Source: a plasmid. From it: a stretch of DNA of 12,663 bases. Every line of letters starts with the position of its first letter. Within the stretch, counting starts at the first letter, position 1. The notes beneath the pieces are model-generated. The model was not told the DNA's origin. It saw only the letters and a program-made list of their open reading frames with translations, and ran no database searches. A program made the position numbers and the translations under genes. Below are positions 6,615-12,663 of this stretch, in pieces. Where the stretch lies: the sequence record NZ_LT960779.1. One strand, 5' to 3'.

Positions 6615-6968
6615 GTGAACGAACCACAAAATCTGGCTAGCACAAAAAAGACGACTCAGGTTCATCGTCAGGCTAGCAAACAAATTAATTTTCGGGTGAG
6701 TGAACCGGACTATTTAAAGCTGGCGCGTTCCGCGCAAACTTTAAATCTGTCCGTGCCGGCTTTTGTCAAAAAGAAGGCCCAGGGGGCGCGCTTAGTTGCC
6801 CCTAAGATTGCTGCCCAAGATGCCCAGAACATCACTCATCAGTTAGCTAAAATTGGCGGTAATCTTAATCAATTGGCCCATCATGCTAATCAAGGTGGTC
6901 AAATCGATCCCCAAGCATTAAAGGATTTACAAAACGAGGTGCAACGCGTATGGCAACAACTCACATAA
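6615..6968 (+). CDS. mobC: Mobilisation relaxosome accessory protein MobC.
   Basis: The GTG at 6615 is preceded by RBS ggaggtg (6602-6608). The MobC-family signature KQINFRVSEPDYLKLA...LAKIGGNLNQLAHHANQ is present. The alternative ATG at 6486 lies upstream of the predicted promoter and adds a non-conserved extension. Confidence 0.8.
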   Translation: MNEPQNLASTKKTTQVHRQASKQINFRVSEPDYLKLARSAQTLNLSVPAFVKKKAQGARLVAPKIAAQDAQNITHQLAKIGGNLNQLAHHANQGGQIDPQALKDLQNEVQRVWQQLT

Positions 6969-8119
6969 AACGTTCCACCAGTGCATCTAGGTTAGTCAAT
7001 TACGCTGAAAAACGAGCCATCAAAAAAGATGGCCTCAATTTAGATATTCAGTACGCTAAAAGCGAATTTAAACAAGTGCGGGCCGTCTATGGCAATCCTG
7101 GTAAAACCCAAGCGTATGCCAGCCGGATTGCCTTTAGCCCGTTGGAATTTAATCCGCAAGATCCTCATGATCAGACAACGGTTTTAGCCGTTGCCAAAGA
7201 AGTTTATGCCAAAGCCTATCCCAATCAACAGGTGGCCCTTTATGAACATGCCGATACCGATTCGTTACACGTCCATGCCGTCATTGGCGCGATTAACCTG
7301 GAAACCGGGCAAAAAATGCACGGTAATTGGCACCAATATCGCGATCACTTAGTCCACATCACGGATCAAGTGTGCCAGGAACATGGCTTAATGGTCACCC
7401 GGCCCGATCCTAACCGTCACGAGAAACGCTCAATGGCCGAAATTAAGCTCCGGGCTAAACAGCAGCCCACTTGGAAAGATCAAATCCGCCAAGCCGTCGA
7501 TCACACCATGCAGAACCCCCTGATTCGCGATTTTCAGGCCTTTCAGGACGACTTGAAACAACAGGCAGTTAAAGTATGGGAACGGGGCAAAAATCTCACC
7601 TATCAGCTATTAGGGACCAATTACAAGTCTCGGGGAACAAAACTCGGGCTTGATTATGAAAAGGAGACGATTTTTAATGAGTTGGCAAGCCGACAAAACC
7701 AAACAAGAACCAACCAGCAACCAGAACGAACCGTTAACCCAACAATTGACCCAGCTCAATCAGACCATAGCCGAACTCCGGAATTACCAGGGCACTCAGA
7801 TTCAACTGCAAGCCACAGCCAAAACGTCCCTCGATCAACAACTTCATCAGATCGAACAGACCGCCCAACAAGTCAACCAACAGTTTCAGACGACCTTAAA
7901 CAACTTAGACAGCAGCAACGCCAGCTCGCAGGCCCAATTAAAACAGACCTTACAAAGCGCCTACGCAGCATTCCAAAAGCAGACCAACCTGATCAGTCAG
8001 GAAAATCTGACCGCGCTCAAACAAATTCAAACCGAACAAGCCAAAAACAACCAGCGCCTCAGCCAACTCAGCGACCAAGTGAACCAGACCATTCAAGAGA
8101 CGATGGCCCAAGTCGCTGA
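6950..8119 (+). CDS. mobA: MobA relaxase (MOBQ-like; relaxase/mobilisation nuclease domain).
   Basis: The N-terminus MATTHIKRSTSASRLVNYAEKRA carries a candidate catalytic Tyr (compare RSF1010 MobA ...ADYIQRE). The 3-His motif is YEHADTDSLHVHAVIGAIN (HxDx4HxH). RBS gaggtg is 8 nt upstream. The gene overlaps the mobC end. The C-terminal ~145 aa are low-complexity (S/T/P/R/Q-rich) and overlap the nested mobB-like ORF in another frame. Confidence 0.8.
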   Translation: MATTHIKRSTSASRLVNYAEKRAIKKDGLNLDIQYAKSEFKQVRAVYGNPGKTQAYASRIAFSPLEFNPQDPHDQTTVLAVAKEVYAKAYPNQQVALYEHADTDSLHVHAVIGAINLETGQKMHGNWHQYRDHLVHITDQVCQEHGLMVTRPDPNRHEKRSMAEIKLRAKQQPTWKDQIRQAVDHTMQNPLIRDFQAFQDDLKQQAVKVWERGKNLTYQLLGTNYKSRGTKLGLDYEKETIFNELASRQNQTRTNQQPERTVNPTIDPAQSDHSRTPELPGHSDSTASHSQNVPRSTTSSDRTDRPTSQPTVSDDLKQLRQQQRQLAGPIKTDLTKRLRSIPKADQPDQSGKSDRAQTNSNRTSQKQPAPQPTQRPSEPDHSRDDGPSR

Positions 8120-8255
8120 TCAAATGGATCAGCAGTTACAAACCACGAAAAAGCGGTTCTCGTGGTATGAAATTAAGAATTATCTGCTGGCTGTGATCCC
8201 GACTGGTATTCTGACAGGCCTTATTTTCTGGTTATTGACCAAGTATTTCGGTTAG
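7677..8255 (+). CDS. Nested mobB-like gene: Gln-rich coiled-coil protein with a C-terminal transmembrane anchor, encoded out of frame within the 3' part of mobA.
   Basis: The ATG at 7677 is preceded by RBS aaaaggaga (7659-7667). The protein is 192 aa with heptad-like Q/L/N-rich repeats and a C-terminal hydrophobic helix LLAVIPTGILTGLIFWLLTKYF. The gene-within-gene arrangement is known for mobB in mobA of RSF1010 and mbeB/mbeD in ColE1. Confidence 0.5.
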   Translation: MSWQADKTKQEPTSNQNEPLTQQLTQLNQTIAELRNYQGTQIQLQATAKTSLDQQLHQIEQTAQQVNQQFQTTLNNLDSSNASSQAQLKQTLQSAYAAFQKQTNLISQENLTALKQIQTEQAKNNQRLSQLSDQVNQTIQETMAQVADQMDQQLQTTKKRFSWYEIKNYLLAVIPTGILTGLIFWLLTKYFG

Positions 8256-8477
8256 TTCAAGTTAAGCTTTCAGGTTTCCGCGTCCTCAATTGCTGACAAT
8301 TTTATTTCAGGGTTAAACCAAATTGGCGTTTTATTGACATGAATTTAGGATTTTGAAACCAATTAGCGTATTTTTTCGCTTATTATTGGCTATATTTATC
8401 GTTTCTAAGCCATTTTAAATCAGCTCTGGTGTATTTATATGCAAGTTAACTAAAACGGCTGAGAAACGATTTTAGAG

Positions 8478-8945
8478 CTAATCTGAAATGACCCCTTGAT
8501 TTTTGAATTCTTCTGAGTGTTGCGCCCGATATTTAGCCCCAGCTAGTTTATTCCAGTAAATACCGAACAGATTCGTCATGGTCCCGTACAAATAGTTTTC
8601 CACGTCCTTAACATGCTTCTCGTTACTTCTGAGCACGTTAAAGTATCTTCTCAAGGTCTTAGTTATCAGTGGTTTAAGCGTATCGTCACCTAAATTAATT
8701 TTGACTCCTAAGGCTTGATGTTCTTTTTCGAGGTTGTTTTTAGCATTCAAAATGATGCGGATAAAGCGTCGCATTTGTTGTGGTGTTCGACACCAGAAAC
8801 TGAGCAGTTGAATGGCTTCGGGTTCTAAGAAGACTTCCCAGCCACTTTCTGGATCGGTTAAAAACTCGTCAGCATGTTTTACTAAATCCCGGTTTTGGGT
8901 TTCAATTTCAGCTGGTGAAAAGTTAGTGCAAGAAATGCCCCACAA
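8478..8945 (-). pseudogene. 5'-truncated ORF remnant of unknown family, possibly from a mobile element, at the junction between the mob block and the high-GC block.
   Basis: 155 codons (about 42% GC) opening with TTG. An in-frame stop lies 2 codons upstream and there is no RBS. The reading frame is cut at the hairpin gttagac-ttctt-gtctaac (8949-8967). No confident family assignment can be made from sequence alone. Confidence 0.3.
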
Positions 8946-8980
8946 TCGTTAGACTTCTTGTCTAACAATTGTAGGGCACT

Positions 8981-9253
8981 TCAAATCGGCTGATCGAGGA
9001 CTTTTTGGTATTCGTCCAGCACGTCATTCGGCAAGGGCGTCAGTAAATGCAGGTCATCGATGACATCGCTGGCCGTGTCGGTGCTGGGCAAATCAACGAA
9101 AAGGTCGATTTTACTGAGACAATCACTTAGTAGATCGGTCAGCTGCGAAAGCGGCTTGCCGTTTTCATCGGTGATCACGACCTGGCGATGATTGAGGGGC
9201 TGGTGCTCGATCTGAATCATTTTCAGCGCATGATAAACATTCAACTGGCTCAC
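8981..9253 (-). CDS. Small acidic hypothetical protein (90 aa) downstream of the ATPase gene.
   Basis: GTG start with a weak SD, and no alternative start upstream. It shares the intermediate-to-high GC of the ATPase block. No recognisable motifs. Confidence 0.25.
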   Translation of the reverse strand: MSQLNVYHALKMIQIEHQPLNHRQVVITDENGKPLSQLTDLLSDCLSKIDLFVDLPSTDTASDVIDDLHLLTPLPNDVLDEYQKVLDQPI

Positions 9254-9303
9254 CTCGATATGGTTACCCCGATTGTAGGCAATCTGGCCCGAAAAAACAA
9301 TCT

Positions 9304-12108
9304 TTAATCATGCTCTGGGGCTACCGGCGGGCGATGCCAACGCAGCCACAGTTCTTTGATTCCAGACAAAATGAGGGTCGGTAGCGCCGGGATGAAGACT
9401 ACCGCAGCATACAGCGTGCTAGAAAGTGGCGCGGTCCCCATCACTTCGTTGAAGAACGGCATGATGGTGACAAGTAATGAAGCCACCGCCGCGAAAGCCA
9501 CTGCCAGCAGCAACTGATAGTTTTCAAACGGGTTGCGGGCGAACAAAGTGCGGGTGCTACGCGCGTCGAACACATGCCACAGCTGGCCAAACACCAGGGT
9601 CAAAAAGGCGAGGGTTTGCGCTTCTGCGCCGCTCATGCCTTGACTGGCAGCCCAGATGAAGGCGACATACACGAGCCCACCCATCACAATACCGCGCAGG
9701 AAGATGCGCCCGAGCATGCCATGCAAAATGGATTGTTTCACATTGCGCGGCGGCTGGTTCATGAGGTCGGCTTCTGGCACATCATAGCCGAGGGCAAAGC
9801 TCGGTAAAGCATCGGAAATCATGTTCACCCACAGCACCATCAGCGCCGTTAATGTTGGGGTGGTGGCCGCCACTTGGCCGACGGGTTGCGTCATCAGTAG
9901 CACGCCGAACAGCAGCGCCAACACCTCGGCGACATTGGTGGTTAACTCATGCCGCATAAAGTTTTTGATATTGCCAAAAATGGTGCGGCCGGCGCGGACA
10001 CTGCGCTCGATGGTGGTGAATTTATCATCCAGTAAAATCAGATCTGCGGCGTCTTTGGTGACTTCGGTGCCATTAATGCCCATGGCAATGCCAATGTCAG
10101 CAGCGCGTAAGGCTGGCGCGTCATTGATGCCATCACCAGTCATGGCCACGGTTTCGCCATGCCGCTGCAAGGCGCGCACGATGCGCTGCTTGTGTTCCGG
10201 CGACACCCGGGCGTATACGCGGATGCTTGGCGCGAGCCGGAACAAATCTTCATCGGTCATGGCTTCCAGCTGCTTGCCTTCCACTACCCGGGCGCTAGGG
10301 TCGGTGACAATGCCCAGCTTTAAGGCAATCGCGCGGGCGGTGACTGCGTGATCGCCGGTGATCATCACGACCTGAATACCGGCTTGGTGCAAGGTGGTCA
10401 CACTTTGGCGCACTTCCGGCCGCGGCGGGTCAATGATGCCGGCAATGCCTAGTAAGGTCAGGTGCTGCTCAAGCTCAGCGGTGCTACCATGCAACGCCAG
10501 GTCCTCGTCGATGTCACGCAGCGTCACCGCCAGCGTCCGCAGCGCCTGTTCGGCAAAGCGGTTGACCTGCGCTTCTACCGCAGTTTGACCAGCTGGCAAT
10601 GTTACGAGTTGGTCGTGGTCCAGAATGGCATCAGTTTTGGCTAAAATCACGTCTGGCGCACCTTTAGTCAGCACCTGATACTGGTCGCCATCTTTAATGA
10701 CGACACTCATCATTTTACGGTCGCTGTCAAACGGCAGTTCGCGAATGATGTCGATGTCCTGCGCCTGGTCTTTGCTCAAAATCGTATCGCGATCGATACC
10801 AAATTTGTGGCCCATCACTACCAGCGCTACGTCGGTGGGGTTGCCATACGGGCGGCTGCAGCCTTCGTCGTCGGTTTGAATCGCCGCTTCGTTATTCAGG
10901 ACAGCGGCCATCATGAAGCGCGAAAAGCCGGGGGTGTCGGCTTCGTCATCAGGGATGATTTCGCCTACTGGTTCATAGCCGTCGCCTTCCACCACATAAC
11001 TGGCGCCATTGGCATAAAACCGGGTGACAGTCATTTCATTTTTGGTCAAGGTACCAGTTTTATCTGAGGCAATGTAGCTGGTGGCCCCTAGGGTTTCCAC
11101 ACTGTTCAGGGACTTGATCAGACCGTTGTTTTTGGCCAGCATCGTGGCCCCGACCGTGAGCACAATTGACAGCACCGCCGGTAGCGCATCGGGAATCGCG
11201 GCCACCGCCAAGGCAATCGCCGTAGAGAGGGATTCGGCCAGCGCAGCGAAGGAGAGACTGCCAGTTTGCTGATAGGCTTTCAAGAGCTCCACCAGCAACG
11301 TGAACGCCACAATCACCATCGCCACCATCATCAGTTTGGTGGTCAGGCGCGCAATGGTGCGTTCAATCGGGGTCTTTTTGTCCTTGACTTGATCCAGCAA
11401 GGTGGCGATTTTGCCCAGCTCGGTTTGCATGCCGGTCGCAACCACCACCCCGAGGCCGTTACCATGCGTCACTGTCGCACCAGAAAAGCCCATGTTGGTG
11501 CGGTCACCGATTTGCACGTCAGCGCCCAATGCGTGGGTTTGTTTTTGCACAGGTTCCGCTTCGCCGGTGAGGTGGGCTTCGTTGGTTTGCAGCTCGGCGA
11601 CATGGAGCCAGCGAACGTCGGCTTCGATGAAGTCGCCGGTTTTGACACTGACAATATCGCCAGGCACCAGCTCGGTGGCTGGCACCGTCAGCCAGTCGCC
11701 ATCGCGCAGGACCTTGGCGTGGTGATCCGCCATCACCTTCAGGGCGTCCAGGGATTTTTGTGCGCTTTTGGCTTGCCAGAAGGAGAGGCCGGCATTAACG
11801 AAAATCAGCAGCAGAATCGCAATGCTTTCATACACTGCCGCCATACCATGGCTGGGGTCGTGGCGCACGAAGAAGTCATAGCCGGCGCTGGCCCAGGCCA
11901 ATAGCACGGCGATGAATAAAATAATCACCAAAGGTTCTTTCAAGGTGGCCAAAAACTGGCGCCAGGCTGGTAGGGGCTTGCTGGCGGCCAAGGCGTTGGG
12001 GCCATGCTGGGTGAGCCGGGCCTGTGCTTCTTCACTGGTGAGGCCGCTTTGCCGGCTGGTGGCCAAGCGCTTTAGGACATCTGCTTTGTGTTCGTTGTAA
12101 GGGGTCAT
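9304..12108 (-). CDS. Cation-transporting P-type ATPase (type II, Ca2+/Mg2+-ATPase PMCA/SERCA-like, E1-E2 family).
   Basis: The start is taken at ATG 12108 (MTPYNEHKADVLKRL...GLTSEEAQARLTQHGPNAL), with RBS ggagg 6 nt upstream. Motifs include the TGE-like actuator HLTGEAEPV, phosphorylation site IASDKTGTLT, TGDHAVTA and hinge MTGDGINDAPAL, plus about 10 predicted TM segments. The ORF-track start at 12177 reads through a palindromic leader. Confidence 0.9.
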   Translation of the reverse strand: MTPYNEHKADVLKRLATSRQSGLTSEEAQARLTQHGPNALAASKPLPAWRQFLATLKEPLVIILFIAVLLAWASAGYDFFVRHDPSHGMAAVYESIAILLLIFVNAGLSFWQAKSAQKSLDALKVMADHHAKVLRDGDWLTVPATELVPGDIVSVKTGDFIEADVRWLHVAELQTNEAHLTGEAEPVQKQTHALGADVQIGDRTNMGFSGATVTHGNGLGVVVATGMQTELGKIATLLDQVKDKKTPIERTIARLTTKLMMVAMVIVAFTLLVELLKAYQQTGSLSFAALAESLSTAIALAVAAIPDALPAVLSIVLTVGATMLAKNNGLIKSLNSVETLGATSYIASDKTGTLTKNEMTVTRFYANGASYVVEGDGYEPVGEIIPDDEADTPGFSRFMMAAVLNNEAAIQTDDEGCSRPYGNPTDVALVVMGHKFGIDRDTILSKDQAQDIDIIRELPFDSDRKMMSVVIKDGDQYQVLTKGAPDVILAKTDAILDHDQLVTLPAGQTAVEAQVNRFAEQALRTLAVTLRDIDEDLALHGSTAELEQHLTLLGIAGIIDPPRPEVRQSVTTLHQAGIQVVMITGDHAVTARAIALKLGIVTDPSARVVEGKQLEAMTDEDLFRLAPSIRVYARVSPEHKQRIVRALQRHGETVAMTGDGINDAPALRAADIGIAMGINGTEVTKDAADLILLDDKFTTIERSVRAGRTIFGNIKNFMRHELTTNVAEVLALLFGVLLMTQPVGQVAATTPTLTALMVLWVNMISDALPSFALGYDVPEADLMNQPPRNVKQSILHGMLGRIFLRGIVMGGLVYVAFIWAASQGMSGAEAQTLAFLTLVFGQLWHVFDARSTRTLFARNPFENYQLLLAVAFAAVASLLVTIMPFFNEVMGTAPLSSTLYAAVVFIPALPTLILSGIKELWLRWHRPPVAPEHD

Positions 12109-12138
12109 AAGTTTCCTCCAATAAGAAAAGGCCGCACC

Positions 12139-12172
12139 CAAGAAAGCTTTCCTCCCCGAGAAAGCTTTCTTG
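12139..12172 (-). promoter_or_regulatory. Perfect 13-bp inverted repeat (CAAGAAAGCTTTC-N8-GAAAGCTTTCTTG) in the ATPase leader. Candidate operator or leader hairpin.
   Basis: The arms are exact reverse complements. The element lies 31 nt upstream of the ATPase ATG and downstream of a candidate promoter (TTGACA at 12242-12247 on the minus strand). Confidence 0.4.
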
Positions 12173-12663
12173 AGCACCGCCCAACCGAATTTTTTGAATT
12201 AGTTACCTTTTATTGCTAGTTTAAAGGATACCTAGTGTTGCTGTCAAAAGATTTGGCCCGGGCCGCCGGTGGCGTGGGCAACGTGCACGTTTTCTAGTCG
12301 CTAAACTGTGAACAATGCTCGTGCTAAATGCAAAACTGAGCAAGGAGATGAACTATAAGCGGGGGATCCTTTGCTATTGAGGAGGCAGGCGAAGTAGAGA
12401 AAGAGCGGTGATTTGAACTCGAAACAGCGGCGCCTGCGCAGGAGCGCGAAGACGCCGCTGATTGCGGTAAAAGGTTACTGACGCTGTTACGACTAGCGTT
12501 CAGCGCACGACTGCTTGTGGGGGTGGTCGCCTGCCAGGACGTAACCGGCGCCGCAGGCTAGCAGCACTGTCAGATTAATCGCCAGCAGCAGATACTAGAC
12601 AGCTTCTTATATTTTGAAAAAAAGACAAGAAGATATTATTAATCGTCCTGGCTTCGTTATTTA

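Noticed and set aside
8432-8500. GGGGTCATTTCAGATTAG at the 3' end of the truncated ORF as a possible Tn3-family terminal inverted repeat.
   Set aside because: The orientation is wrong. A Tn3 tnpA reads towards the outer CCCC end, but here GGGG precedes the stop on the coding strand. No partner IR is found and the protein could not be assigned to the Tn3 family.
9477-12100. Numerous plus-strand ORFs of 60-212 aa (for example 11266-11904).
   Set aside because: All lie antisense to or inside the minus-strand P-type ATPase gene. They have Ala/Gly/Arg-rich low-complexity products typical of off-frame ORFs in high-GC coding DNA.
12109-12177. An upstream extension of the ATPase ORF (ML KKAFSGRKAFLG...).
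   Set aside because: The extension is a translation of the perfect palindromic leader (KAF...KAF). The conserved P-type ATPase N-terminus begins at MTPYNEH, which has a canonical GGAGG RBS.
12300-12663. A possible further gene at the 3' end (RBS-like aaggag followed by atgaactataag).
   Set aside because: The ORF is only 10 codons before a stop. The GC-rich dyad (cagcggcg...cgccgctg) is noted, but no supportable feature was found.

Overview
The window looks like a mosaic, mobilizable theta-type plasmid segment from a low-GC Gram-positive host (lactic-acid-bacterium-like). Its GC content falls into three blocks.

Block 1 (1-6200, about 33% GC):
- an iteron origin: GC-rich hairpin island, 4.5 phased 11-13-bp repeats and 4.5 x 22-bp iterons;
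- a repA (Rep_3-type initiator) and repB (HTH accessory) operon;
- directly downstream of repB, a stand-alone OLD-family protein (ABC-type ATPase fused to Toprim), which is the most interesting candidate defence gene;
- a YefM/Phd-YafQ toxin-antitoxin (TA) pair;
- a small tyrosine recombinase;
- a HigB(Gp49)/HigA(XRE) TA pair whose transcript appears leaderless.

Block 2 (6200-8255, about 52% GC) is a MOBQ-like mobilisation module:
- a candidate oriT with an RSF1010-like GTAAGTG motif;
- mobC;
- a mobA relaxase with the HxDx4HxH motif;
- an out-of-frame nested coiled-coil/transmembrane mobB-like gene.

A 5'-truncated ORF remnant and a small acidic ORF lie at the junction with block 3.

Block 3 (about 9300-12600, about 62% GC) carries a P-type (type II, Ca2+/cation) ATPase on the minus strand. 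Its leader contains a perfect 13-bp inverted repeat.

No rRNA, tRNA or CRISPR array is seen. The tandem repeats are replication iterons, not CRISPR.
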